From the IMG/VR virus record IMGVR_UViG_3300035674_000001, positions 1 to 64,000 of that record: a DNA stretch of 64,000 nucleotides; one strand, 5' to 3'. The notes beneath the pieces are model-generated. The model was not told the origin of the DNA, searched no databases, and saw only the letters and a list, made by a program, of their open reading frames with translations. This document shows positions 47,521-56,374 of this stretch, piece after piece. The stretch's first letter is position 1, and every line of letters begins with the position of its first letter. The DNA is from a virus. The translations under genes were made by a program, and so were the position numbers.

Positions 47521-48312
47521 CTATCTAAGTAATTCAACTCGCTCAACAGGATCAGATTCAACCTTTGCCTGACCGATAACTAAGTTAGTTCCTTCAACTC
47601 GCTCCCACGAGAATCTTATCAACACCCACCAACCCCAGCTCATCTTGATGCGTGCCACTTGCTCAAAGCACTTGCTGCCAACATAAAGAAATTGCTCTCG
47701 CTTGTACAGTAAGTCATCAGGGTGCCAGTCGTCAGATGTATCTCGCATAATGGCGGTTCTCATGTCTTCAACACTCTTTTCATTAAAGCCAAACATCTGC
47801 ACACTAGCTTTATTTATCCCAAGCTGTATTGTTTTTAATTCACCATTATTTAATTCACCATTATTAGTGGTATATGGTAAAACCAATCCCATTGGTTCTT
47901 CACTTTCTCGCATTCGGTCAATCTGATATTCAAGTGTTTCGGTTCGGTCAAACTGACCACCCAGCCATACAAAAGGTTTACTTGGTTGATTGCCTTCGTT
48001 GTTTTCCATCATTGTTTTTGTCCTATTCTCACGAGTAGCTACACTTTGCTGCAAAACATTGGCATTGCTGGCGTCTTGAGATAGTTCATCAAATCGAACT
48101 AACAACTCAAATGTTTCGTATTTTCCCTCAACAACGGCGGACTCTAGGTTCATTCTCTTAGCAATTCCAGTTAAGCGCCTATTGCAACTGGCAATAAACT
48201 CCCATGCAGAATCTCTATCTTCTAGTGCAGGAAATGGAAAGTAAATTTTACTTCCTTCTATTTTGAACTGGGTTTGCATTAGGCAAAAATCTAATGAGTC
48301 TAATCCCTGCAT
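47521..48312 (-). CDS. hypothetical protein
   Basis: 263 aa. The ATG overlaps the upstream gene's end. Confidence 0.5.
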   Translation of the reverse strand: MQGLDSLDFCLMQTQFKIEGSKIYFPFPALEDRDSAWEFIASCNRRLTGIAKRMNLESAVVEGKYETFELLVRFDELSQDASNANVLQQSVATRENRTKTMMENNEGNQPSKPFVWLGGQFDRTETLEYQIDRMRESEEPMGLVLPYTTNNGELNNGELKTIQLGINKASVQMFGFNEKSVEDMRTAIMRDTSDDWHPDDLLYKREQFLYVGSKCFEQVARIKMSWGWWVLIRFSWERVEGTNLVIGQAKVESDPVERVELLR

Positions 48313-48803
48313 TTATTTGCCTCCTTGTTTGAATGAATTAATTGAACAACTGAGCTAATTTGCTCTATCGGTATATCAAGAGCTTTGGACACTTTTAATG
48401 CCTCTAAGCTATCTAGCGGATCACCATTAAACAACTTAGTTATCAATTCGGGATATTCAACAGCAGATTTACTTGACCGAATAACCCTAGGCTTGTTCTT
48501 CACTAACCCTATTGCGCTAGCTGCAATTTCCAGCAAGCTCTCTACCGAAAACCAATGTAGCTCTCTAAGTACATCAGCGAAAGTCAACGGCTTAAGTCGA
48601 GCCGTTGACTCAACAGAAGAGCTGGGTAAAATGCCTCGTGACCATCGCTCTATGAGTTCAGTGATAGAACATCGATTTTGAGTTGCAAGCGCTTCAAGAT
48701 TTGATTTACACGTCTGGGTGACTTTTAGGTTTAACCGGGTATTTTTTGGTTCACCCCACTCTTCTCCTTGTCCTAGTGCTGATATTTTGGTCTTTTTCCC
48801 CAT
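48300..48803 (-). CDS. ribbon-helix-helix-like DNA-binding protein (tentative)
   Basis: N-terminal RLNLKVTQTCKSNLEALATQNRCSITELIERW fits a beta-strand - helix - helix (CopG/Arc) pattern. It faces a spacer containing an inverted repeat. Confidence 0.35.
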   Translation of the reverse strand: MGKKTKISALGQGEEWGEPKNTRLNLKVTQTCKSNLEALATQNRCSITELIERWSRGILPSSSVESTARLKPLTFADVLRELHWFSVESLLEIAASAIGLVKNKPRVIRSSKSAVEYPELITKLFNGDPLDSLEALKVSKALDIPIEQISSVVQLIHSNKEANKCRD

Positions 48804-48853
48804 GTTAAATTCCTGGATTTAGCTTAAGTATAGCAGGTTAGTGAAGAATACCG

Positions 48854-48883
48854 TTGACAAGGCTTGCTTCACTCGTCTAATCT
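48854..48883 (+). promoter_or_regulatory. sigma70-like promoter TTGACA-18-TAATCT for 48919..49512
   Basis: TTGACA at 48854-48859 and TAATCT at 48878-48883. Confidence 0.5.
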
Positions 48884-48901
48884 AAGGAAGTAAGCAAGCC
48901 T
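48860..48901. promoter_or_regulatory. 10-bp inverted repeat AGGCTTGCTT...AAGCAAGCCT spanning the -10 and start site (operator candidate)
   Basis: Arms at 48860-48869 and 48892-48901 in the divergent spacer next to the RHH-like gene. Confidence 0.4.
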
Positions 48902-48918
48902 AAAATCCGGTATTCGAT

Positions 48919-49275
48919 ATGTTGCTACTTTTCGAGCTAGAGTGTCTTTTTGATTTATTTGCTGAAGATAAGTTTATTGCAACTTTAGATACATCAGGCA
49001 AACTCAGTATTTATTGGTCAAATCAAGAATGGGAGAAGCCTGTAGGAGAAAGATATTTTTGTGCATGGAAAGAAGTCTTTTTGTTTGTCATACCTGATTC
49101 AGTATTTGCTGTTGACGACATTCTAAAGTTTCGTTTTAAATCAAGCACCGCAGTAAGACTTTATGACAACCCGCTGGTATCACGCCTCAACATCTTGGAA
49201 CAACACTATCCCAGTCGTGTTGTGCGAAGAGGAACATGGGGAGAGGCAATAATTCTTCCATATCAAAACGTATAA
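48919..49275 (+). CDS. hypothetical protein
   Basis: 118 aa with ATG start. Confidence 0.5.
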   Translation: MLLLFELECLFDLFAEDKFIATLDTSGKLSIYWSNQEWEKPVGERYFCAWKEVFLFVIPDSVFAVDDILKFRFKSSTAVRLYDNPLVSRLNILEQHYPSRVVRRGTWGEAIILPYQNV

Positions 49276-49329
49276 GGCAAGATCGCTCATTTTTCATTGC
49301 TACTATCCAACATATACCAGCCGTCAGCC

Positions 49330-49512
49330 ATGACTCACTTCACCACGCCTATATCTTTACTCAGTCAATTAATCGCATTAATCCAAGCAAAATTAGTTGA
49401 AGCGTTCAAAACAGTAACTTTCCAAAAACAAAACAAGCTTTATTTTTATCCTGATCCACCTGAAGTTACTGTTGATTTTGCTGACTTTTTGTGTTCTGGT
49501 GATAATAACTAG
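49330..49512 (+). CDS. hypothetical small protein
   Basis: ATG 49330 (track TTG at 49297). 60 aa. Confidence 0.4.
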   Translation: MTHFTTPISLLSQLIALIQAKLVEAFKTVTFQKQNKLYFYPDPPEVTVDFADFLCSGDNN

Positions 49513-49556
49513 CAAATAAACGCCAGTAAAACAAGTTTTTACAATTTATAGTCTTT

Positions 49557-49587
49557 GCTCTGATTGCAATCTTTAGCAGATCAGAGC
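49557..49587 (+). terminator. hairpin terminator
   Basis: GCTCTGAT-15 nt-ATCAGAGC followed by TATTTCTGTTT. Confidence 0.55.
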
Positions 49588-49644
49588 TATTTCTGTTTAT
49601 TGCTTACTTAAGCAAGAAAAAGTCAAATTTATTCCTAAAATCTA

Positions 49645-49673
49645 TTGACAATATTTTTAAGGATTCGTAGTAT
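49645..49673 (+). promoter_or_regulatory. strong sigma70-type promoter TTGACA-17-TAGTAT heading the 49751-57192 operon
   Basis: TTGACA at 49645-49650, exact 17-nt spacer, TAGTAT at 49668-49673. An AAAGTCAAG box lies at the predicted transcript 5' end (49678-49686). Confidence 0.7.
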
Positions 49674-49750
49674 GAGGAAAGTCAAGCAAGTTTTCGGAAA
49701 GTTTAAGGAAAGCTTAAAGAAAACATTGAGTTAAAGGAGAGTGAAAAGAG

Positions 49751-50116
49751 ATGACATGCGGGGTACTTAGAAAAATTCCAGAAACAAATACTGAGTTCTT
49801 AGCTCGTAGGTATGGTGTGAGGACTCGAACGATTACCAACTGGAAGAAATATCTAGGTTTATCCTGCTCTAGAAAACTTTATCCTGCTGATGCCGAAATT
49901 GAAGAACTAGATCGACTGTATGTAATGTGCGGAGTGTGGAGAGGAAGATCTTCTCATTGGAGAGGATTAAGAATGAGCGTCAAAGAATATCAAGACCTAA
50001 TAGTTGATCAGGGATTATCTCTTGACTACTGGCTACAATCAACTCATGGGATTACCTATGAAGAGTACATAGCGGGTCTTGAATCTCTCAATAGGCGCTC
50101 TTTGTTTGGCAACTAA
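49751..50116 (+). CDS. HTH DNA-binding protein
   Basis: AAAGGAGAG RBS. The segment EFLARRYGVRTRTITNWKKYLG is HTH-like. Confidence 0.55.
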   Translation: MTCGVLRKIPETNTEFLARRYGVRTRTITNWKKYLGLSCSRKLYPADAEIEELDRLYVMCGVWRGRSSHWRGLRMSVKEYQDLIVDQGLSLDYWLQSTHGITYEEYIAGLESLNRRSLFGN

Positions 50117-50137
50117 CTTACTTTTTAGGACACAAAA

Positions 50138-50728
50138 ATGAGCAACGAAAGAAAATCAATTCGCGAATGGTCAAGAGAGATGGTTGCTGAAGGCTTTAGT
50201 CAAGCTACTCCAGCTTTCTTGATGCAGAAGCTTGGCAAAAACTCTGCGAGTGATGTTGTTAGCAAAGACGAACTCAGAGCAGCATTGGGTTCAGGCAATA
50301 ATACTTCTAGCTCACCTAGTACCCAACAAACTCGGCAAAACACTGGCAGTGTTGGGATGGCTCAGCAAGTTATCCAAGATTTTGACAGCTTTTTAGACAA
50401 AGATGCCAAAGTTACCGCCTTGCAGGGACAGCAGCAGTATACACGCTATATTGCAAAATACTTCTCCATGCCAGCAGAACAAGTTAAAGCGTTACTAGAA
50501 GAAGAAAATATTCCTGAACAAGGAGTAGGTTTTGAAGATTTTTTTTCGACAAATCGAGGCAGCGATCTCTCTCAGCTACTAGGTCAACCGAGCCATGCTC
50601 CACAACTAGCAGCAGGCTCAAGCCAGTCATCGAGCCAATTGTTGACGGAGAGCTTACCCGAACCATTGACACAGCAGCCAAGCGAGAGGTTGGGAAACTC
50701 AAGCGATACACCTCTTACAGAGAATTAA
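50138..50728 (+). CDS. Q/S-rich protein, zero-frame product of a candidate frameshift gene
   Basis: 196-aa ORF with ATG start. Contains GAT TTT TTT TCG at 50537-50548. Confidence 0.55.
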   Translation: MSNERKSIREWSREMVAEGFSQATPAFLMQKLGKNSASDVVSKDELRAALGSGNNTSSSPSTQQTRQNTGSVGMAQQVIQDFDSFLDKDAKVTALQGQQQYTRYIAKYFSMPAEQVKALLEEENIPEQGVGFEDFFSTNRGSDLSQLLGQPSHAPQLAAGSSQSSSQLLTESLPEPLTQQPSERLGNSSDTPLTEN

Positions 50729-50982
50729 TAGTCGAGCGTCAGGGTGAGACAGAAGGATTAGCAATTTCTGCCTCTTCGGCGGGACTTACCGCGGCTTGTA
50801 CCATTTTATCAAGCTACTTATCTGCAAGTCCCGCATTACCTAGCTCATCTGACTCAAATCAAGCAAGTCAGATTTCAGTAAGTGCTTCAGGGATATTCAT
50901 GGGTGCATTTGCAGGAGTGATCATATCTACCGCAGTCACCCATGCCTATTACAGGTTCATCAAAAACCGGAAAGCAAAATAG
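50536..50982 (+). other. 149-codon open -1 frame without a start codon, ending in a TM anchor (putative frameshift extension)
   Basis: Hand translation: ...PVIEPIVDGELTRTIDTAAKREVGKLKRYTSYRELIVERQGETEGLAISASSAGLTAAC...GIFMGAFAGVIISTAVTHAYYRFIKNRKAK*. It fills the otherwise gene-free gap 50729-50941. There is no ATG/GTG/TTG until codon 123. Confidence 0.4.
50539..50546 (+). promoter_or_regulatory. T8 slippery run (T_TTT_TTT in zero frame), candidate -1 frameshift site
   Basis: The run starts 3 nt after the last -1-frame stop (TGA 50533-50535). The -1 frame is then open for 149 codons. Confidence 0.4.
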
Positions 50983-51403
50983 TCAACTAAGTAGTCAACC
51001 TAATCAGGGTTTAGAAGAGGAACTGGATAAAATGATTCACGAAATTCACGACATTATCAGAAGTGCATGTGCTGGTCAACTTTGTTCAGTTCCTCTTGCT
51101 TTTCTTGTAGGAAGCATTCAAGGAACTGGATTAGCAGGAGTAGCGGCTATTATTGCCAATCCAGCTACGGTCAGTATCTTTGCTCTATCTGGTATAGCAA
51201 TGCATCAAATACACAAATTGTTTAAAGCACTAGACAGGTGGGAAGCTGAGAGACAAGAAGAAATAGCAGTCGAGGCAGTTATTAATCAACTTTGGGAATC
51301 TAGCAATTGCCAAGAGTTAGCTAATTCTAAGAAAAAGAAATCAACTACACGCACAGCAGACAAAAAAGTTGTTGACTTGAATCAATACAGGAATCGGAGG
51401 TAA
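50942..51403 (+). CDS. membrane protein (2 TM)
   Basis: CSVPLAFLVGSIQGTGLAGVAAIIANPATVSIFALSGIAM, with a basic C-terminus. An alternative start is ATG 51031. Confidence 0.5.
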   Translation: MPITGSSKTGKQNSQLSSQPNQGLEEELDKMIHEIHDIIRSACAGQLCSVPLAFLVGSIQGTGLAGVAAIIANPATVSIFALSGIAMHQIHKLFKALDRWEAERQEEIAVEAVINQLWESSNCQELANSKKKKSTTRTADKKVVDLNQYRNRR

Positions 51404-51408
51404 GCTTT

Positions 51409-52470
51409 ATGTCTGCTACACAGTTTAATGATGAAAGCCACGATAGGGACTACTCACCTTACCTTGACCCAACTCGACCTGTTCAACGCAAGAAGAAGCC
51501 AAGTGTTGACCCATATGACAGTGACTATGAGGGAGATGATCCGTTTCTTGGCGATCAACTCTTTGCTAACTTGCAAAAAAATGCTGAAGATAGAAGAAAA
51601 TCTGTTAAGAATTGGCGATTCTTCGGGACGATAGGACTTGTTGTAACTAGTTCAACAATAGTTGGTGGGTTTGCATTATTAGTTAAGCTTGATCAAGCGC
51701 CTCCAGAACAAGGTGTACAACTTTCAGATGAGCTAGCTAATGAACTACAAGCACAAGCAGATTGGCTTCAATTTGACCAGAGAGTAGACACAACAGCTCA
51801 AATTGCACCTTTAAAAGCTGAGCCAGGATACCGTCAAACATTGGCAATGAGCTTAGGCGCTAAGCTACGAACTCGCATTCAATCTCGATTAATTCGCAAT
51901 GATGATGAATGTAATGTAGTTGGTGGAGATGTTGCTAGCTGTGCTTACATCATTGAACGAAAAGATGTTGATAAGATTCGTGATTTAGGCTTGGCTGGCA
52001 AGATGCCATTTCTGGTGCATATTGAAAATGGCAAGGTTGACATTATTCGACAGCTTAGCCAAGAAGAAGTACTTGACTGGAGCAACTTTAACAAGCAGGC
52101 ATTAGATGCTGCTATCAGTCAAGTTAACATCAACAAACCCATTGATCCGTTCAAGATTGACCAAAAGCGAGATCAACTCATTGAGGCGCGGATTAATAGA
52201 TTGGAAGCAGAGCAAAAAACTGATGCAGCACAACGCATTAGGCAGGCAGCTATAGGATTGAGTCGCATTCAGTCTTTACCCACACAACAGCAAGAAGTTG
52301 AAGCGGCTGAACAAGAAGCAAGAGAGCAATTAGAGTTTCAGCAAAAACAACGTGAATATTTGCTTAGAAAAGAGCAAATGATGAAGCAACAAGAATTGAC
52401 TAAGCAAAAAGCAGAACTGAAGCAGAAACAAAACAAATTGAAGAATCAAGGTAAAGCCAACAGCAAGTAA
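51409..52470 (+). CDS. bitopic membrane protein with long Q/E/K coiled-coil tail
   Basis: One TM helix (FFGTIGLVVTSSTIVGGFALLV). The C-terminus reads ...EAAEQEAREQLEFQQKQREYLLRKEQMMKQQELTKQKAELKQKQNKLKNQ. Confidence 0.55.
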   Translation: MSATQFNDESHDRDYSPYLDPTRPVQRKKKPSVDPYDSDYEGDDPFLGDQLFANLQKNAEDRRKSVKNWRFFGTIGLVVTSSTIVGGFALLVKLDQAPPEQGVQLSDELANELQAQADWLQFDQRVDTTAQIAPLKAEPGYRQTLAMSLGAKLRTRIQSRLIRNDDECNVVGGDVASCAYIIERKDVDKIRDLGLAGKMPFLVHIENGKVDIIRQLSQEEVLDWSNFNKQALDAAISQVNINKPIDPFKIDQKRDQLIEARINRLEAEQKTDAAQRIRQAAIGLSRIQSLPTQQQEVEAAEQEAREQLEFQQKQREYLLRKEQMMKQQELTKQKAELKQKQNKLKNQGKANSK

Positions 52471-52475
52471 AGATT

Positions 52476-54065
52476 ATGAAAACCAACAAAATTAAGCTTT
52501 ATTTGTTAATAGGGGGAGAGTTAGCTACGGGTATTTTACTTTTATGCTCAGCTATTCAAACTTACCCGGTAAAATATGCACAACAAGTACAGCTAGACAG
52601 GTTTAAAGGAAGTATTAGCAATCCAGCTAATGTGCCTAGTAGTTTCGCTCCCTTTTTGGCTTTACTTGGTATTGTAGCAACGGGAGATAGTGTAAGGCGA
52701 TTCTGGGGAAGTTTTGATAGCGAACTGGGAATCAACTCTAGTTCTAGTCAATTTAGCAATCAAGTTGAACCTTCAACTCATCAGCCAGTAACACAGCAAG
52801 TATCATCGGTAACACCAGTAAAGCCAGAACAAGTCATTCCTCAAGTAACTTACAAGCCTAGATTAATTACTCCACAAACAAGTAGTGTTGACAATCAATC
52901 GTTAGCTCAACCAAGATCAACTCCGACTGCTGCTCAGGTTTCTGCGCTGCCACCATTGCCAGTATCAGCACCAGTTGTTGCTCCAGTAAGACCTAGAAGA
53001 CAAACCCAAAGAGTTAAGTCTGTAGCCACGCTTGACATAAATGCATTTGCAAAGAACAAGCTTTCGTGTGTATTTGCAGGCGCACCCAGGACAGGGAAAA
53101 GCACAACTCATCTAACATGGATGGCAAAAAAGATAGAAGCTGATCCTGAAGTGTCATTTAGGGTTGTCACACAAAAAAAGAATAGTTTTTTAGGTCTTAA
53201 CCAAATTCCAGAAGTAGTGCAGATTGCGTCACGCAATAATAGTTATGCACCAGTATTCTGGCAAACGTTATACGTTTGGAATGAACTGCAAGCTCGGCTC
53301 GAACTAGAAGAGGATGAGCGAGACTCTTTAAGTGAATGCTGGCTGGTGTTAGATGACTGGTATAGTATTGTTGCCAACCTAGAAATCTACAAGCCTTCTA
53401 CTAAAGTAGGACAAGCTTGGAATATTTGCAAAGGACAGTTTAGTGACATTATCACTTTGGGTGCTGAATACGGAGTAGGCATCAGTGCCAACACTCATAC
53501 GCTAAACCTTGCTCACTTTGGATTAGCAGAAGACTCAAATATTAGAAGCGTTTTGAGCATTTGTGTAATGGGTAGAATTCATACGTCTGAGGGAAGAAAA
53601 GAAGGGGGATTTGATGCAATTACTAATGCACTTAGAAACCCCTACTTAATAGATGACTCATACGCTCAGTATATTCGAGAAAGATTTCCTGAGCTTAAAG
53701 CCTACTCGCTTGAAACAGGCTTACCTATTGTACTTTCCACAATGGGTGAACCTGAATTAAGCGTAATGCCGGACTTGAGCTGGATTAAAAATTACAGAGT
53801 TGCCATTGATCCAGAAGCCACGGTTGAATATCTCGAAACTTTAATTCAGCAAGACAACCAAATTAGTAGTGAGGATAAAAACAGTGAAGACTATTGGCAA
53901 GAAAAACAGCATCAGAATGAAGTTATCGCTAGTACTGGCATCAACTCTGACTGGTTGCTACCTCATGCTAGCAACCAAGCTACTAAAGAACTTGACTTTC
54001 AAGAAGAAAATGATGAGACTTACGAATTTGAAGATGAGGAATTAGAAGATGAATCCAATGGATAA
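52476..54065 (+). CDS. membrane-anchored P-loop NTPase, FtsK/SpoIIIE/TraB-like architecture
   Basis: Two N-terminal TM helices and a P/S/Q/V-rich linker. Walker A: VFAGAPRTGKST. Walker B: CWLVLDDW. Later segments LGAEYGVGISANTH and SVLSICVMGR lie in the positions expected for FtsK-type motors. The C-terminus is acidic. Confidence 0.5.
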   Translation: MKTNKIKLYLLIGGELATGILLLCSAIQTYPVKYAQQVQLDRFKGSISNPANVPSSFAPFLALLGIVATGDSVRRFWGSFDSELGINSSSSQFSNQVEPSTHQPVTQQVSSVTPVKPEQVIPQVTYKPRLITPQTSSVDNQSLAQPRSTPTAAQVSALPPLPVSAPVVAPVRPRRQTQRVKSVATLDINAFAKNKLSCVFAGAPRTGKSTTHLTWMAKKIEADPEVSFRVVTQKKNSFLGLNQIPEVVQIASRNNSYAPVFWQTLYVWNELQARLELEEDERDSLSECWLVLDDWYSIVANLEIYKPSTKVGQAWNICKGQFSDIITLGAEYGVGISANTHTLNLAHFGLAEDSNIRSVLSICVMGRIHTSEGRKEGGFDAITNALRNPYLIDDSYAQYIRERFPELKAYSLETGLPIVLSTMGEPELSVMPDLSWIKNYRVAIDPEATVEYLETLIQQDNQISSEDKNSEDYWQEKQHQNEVIASTGINSDWLLPHASNQATKELDFQEENDETYEFEDEELEDESNG

Positions 54066-54630
54066 ATATGGTTTCGACGATGAAGAAGAGAATCCTGATC
54101 AAGAAGAATGGGAAGACGGTGTTGCTACACAAATTCAACCAAGTATTAACACTAGAGCTATCCCCAAGATAGCAACTTCAACATCACCAACAAAAGTACA
54201 AGGCAAACCTAGAGGAAGCAGTAAACCAATGGCTAGACAACAATCACAGCTTGGCAACTTCAACATTGACCACGAAATCCGTGTAATGGCTAAGGTTAAA
54301 GACCTCAGTGAAGAGCATGTTGCAACTCTAAGCGCTTTTTGGCAAAGCTACTTCGAGCGGCGTCCAGAAGAGATGCAGCGGTTGTATCACTTACGGGACG
54401 AAAATCCTGAAGAGTTTAGAGCAATTTTGTTTACTCTTCCTGGAAGTGCAAATCGTCACAAACTCGAAACAGGCTATTTCCTAATGGCTTGCGTAGGCTT
54501 TGGTTGCGTAGGACTTTTTCTAATTACTTGGGTTTTCGGTGCGTTCAACCCAGATAAAGGGTGGAACTTTGCTAAAAACAAAAACGCTATTCCTAATATT
54601 GTTGAAGCACTCTATGAAGGAGGTCGATAA
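54049..54630 (+). CDS. tail-anchored membrane protein
   Basis: Acidic N-terminus. C-terminal TM: GYFLMACVGFGCVGLFLITWVFGAF. Overlaps the upstream gene by 17 nt. Confidence 0.5.
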   Translation: MNPMDKYGFDDEEENPDQEEWEDGVATQIQPSINTRAIPKIATSTSPTKVQGKPRGSSKPMARQQSQLGNFNIDHEIRVMAKVKDLSEEHVATLSAFWQSYFERRPEEMQRLYHLRDENPEEFRAILFTLPGSANRHKLETGYFLMACVGFGCVGLFLITWVFGAFNPDKGWNFAKNKNAIPNIVEALYEGGR

Positions 54631-54883
54631 AATACCATTTGGTGCAATCAATCCTAAAGGCGAACCACATCATCGAAGACTTGCAGCACTTGAGATAGGT
54701 CGCCACTTGATACAGCGAAGCGACAAAGATTCAAGCTACTTAATGGTTGCAGATCTAACACCTAAAGAGCTTGCCATCCTTTACAACAATGTCGAACAAT
54801 TGGGTCTTGATCTAAACACTCACGCTTATGTTGAATCTGAGCGAATTGTTGAATACGATAACGAACTTGATGGAAATTTATGA
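54614..54883 (+). CDS. small soluble protein
   Basis: ATG 54614, overlapping the upstream stop, is preferred over the track start 54539. Confidence 0.45.
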   Translation: MKEVDKIPFGAINPKGEPHHRRLAALEIGRHLIQRSDKDSSYLMVADLTPKELAILYNNVEQLGLDLNTHAYVESERIVEYDNELDGNL

Positions 54884-54884
54884 C

Positions 54885-55085
54885 ATGACTCATTCACCAG
54901 AGCCAGAAAGCAAAACTAAAACAATAGCAAAGACTATCGCTGCATTTGCTGGAACTGTAGTAGGTACAGCAACAGCAGAAATGATGCTAAAACAACTTGC
55001 TAAAGCACCTACAGGAGTGCAAGTTGTAATTGTAGCTGCTGCAACAGCTCTTGTTGCCAAGAATCAACTTGATAATAATAGTTGA
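54885..55085 (+). CDS. small hydrophobic protein (2 TM, A/V/T-rich)
   Basis: TIAKTIAAFAGTVVGTATAEMM...VQVVIVAAATALVA. An alternative start is at 54870. Confidence 0.45.
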   Translation: MTHSPEPESKTKTIAKTIAAFAGTVVGTATAEMMLKQLAKAPTGVQVVIVAAATALVAKNQLDNNS

Positions 55086-55184
55086 CTTTTACATTGCATC
55101 GCCTTTTGGAAGTTTTGCTTAAACTCCTCAAAAGGCGAATGGAGTGTTCAGGTTAATTAACTAGCAACACAATTGAGGTTTTCA

Positions 55185-55451
55185 GTGAACTACAAAAACT
55201 ACAGATACAGAGTTAAGTTTTCTCTAACTAGCAAAATATTTCTGACTGTTGCTATCTGGTCTTTCATCTTAAATTTATTGTCACCAGGTTTTTTGAAATA
55301 CCTGCTAGTACAAAACGCCTGGAATTTAGTTACAAGCACAACTAGTGATGCTGTCAAGCTTAGTCAGAAGCAGATTAATCGAGCAAAGCAGCAGAGCAAA
55401 CGCCAATCAGGCTGCAAGACGGTTTACTGTCAACTTACAAAAGAGAACTAG
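55185..55451 (+). CDS. small single-TM protein
   Basis: GTG 55185 with GAGG 6 nt upstream. TM: IFLTVAIWSFILNLLSPGF. Confidence 0.45.
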   Translation: MNYKNYRYRVKFSLTSKIFLTVAIWSFILNLLSPGFLKYLLVQNAWNLVTSTTSDAVKLSQKQINRAKQQSKRQSGCKTVYCQLTKEN

Positions 55452-55453
55452 CG

Positions 55454-56374
55454 ATGCGCAAGATCAGGCTTAGCCTTGAATACGACTCAAGCAAAGATCC
55501 GGTAGTACCACCTACCGTGATTCAGCATCCCATACAGCAGCAATCCATACCTACCACAACTGAGCAACCTATTCAACCTAGTTATTCAGCACCGCATTAT
55601 TCACATCATCAGCCTACTCACATTCAGCAAACAACCCATTATCAGCATCCTGCACCTGTAACTACTTCACTTGCTCCTACTGTCCTTGAAGTACCTCTTG
55701 AGCAGCAACTACAGAGAGGAGCTGTAATTACCAGCATTGTAGTGTGTGGACTTGCCGGCTTGCAGCTTTATCCTCCGGCTTGGAATTATCTTGAATCTCA
55801 AAAAGCTGTTCAAGAAATTCAGCGAGTATTTAACAGGTTGCCAGGTGCTTCACAGCCAGGTTCAAGTAAAAAAACAAAACTAAGCCTCAATAAACTTGAC
55901 ATTGCTACTCCCAAGAGAGGAGAGAGAATTGGCAATTTTATAGTCACATCTGGGTGGGGACGCCGACCATCTCCTGTGCCAGGTGCCAGTAGCTATCACA
56001 GAGGCATAGATGTTGGCGTCACTATAGGCACAGCAAAAGGTAAGCCATTATATGCAATAGGCTTGCCAGGAGAAGTTCTAAAAGTAAGTTACTTGAGAGA
56101 CGCAACGGGTGGAGGAGGAAATTTTGTTAGTTTTACTTCTCCTGGATTGAACAAAACTTTTCGCTATCTTCACCTAGATTCTGGTAAGTCCGGTTTATTT
56201 AAACCAGGCGATCTGATAGGTTATATCGGAGACTCTGGCATAGGATCAGGAGCGCACCTGCACTTTCAGCAGCGTAACTCTAGCTTTCAAATTGAGCCGC
56301 CTTATCGCATCTATGTAGAAGCTAGTTTGGATCAAAGTCTAGCAAGAAACTTACTAAGCAGAGGGGAAAACTAA
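55454..56374 (+). CDS. membrane-anchored M23 (LytM-type) peptidoglycan endopeptidase
   Basis: M23 motifs YHRGIDVG (HxxxD) and GSGAHLHFQ (HxH). The N-terminus is Q/H/P/T-rich and includes a TM helix (AVITSIVVCGLAGLQLY). Confidence 0.85.
   Translation: MRKIRLSLEYDSSKDPVVPPTVIQHPIQQQSIPTTTEQPIQPSYSAPHYSHHQPTHIQQTTHYQHPAPVTTSLAPTVLEVPLEQQLQRGAVITSIVVCGLAGLQLYPPAWNYLESQKAVQEIQRVFNRLPGASQPGSSKKTKLSLNKLDIATPKRGERIGNFIVTSGWGRRPSPVPGASSYHRGIDVGVTIGTAKGKPLYAIGLPGEVLKVSYLRDATGGGGNFVSFTSPGLNKTFRYLHLDSGKSGLFKPGDLIGYIGDSGIGSGAHLHFQQRNSSFQIEPPYRIYVEASLDQSLARNLLSRGEN

Noticed and set aside
52438-52502. An apparent 1-nt inconsistency when I hand-translated across 52440/52441 and 52500/52501.
   Set aside because: The ORF track reads 51409..52470 and 52476..54065 without interruption, and the relative spacing fits. 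I attribute this to my own manual indexing. It is the reason hand-derived coordinates are quoted as +/-1-2 nt.
55082-55138. Hairpin TCGCCTTTTG...CAAAAGGCGA after 54885..55085 as a firm terminator splitting the membrane operon.
   Set aside because: The stem is only about 10 bp with a 21-nt loop and no T-run follows. It may be an attenuator or an RNA processing site, but I could not support a terminator call.
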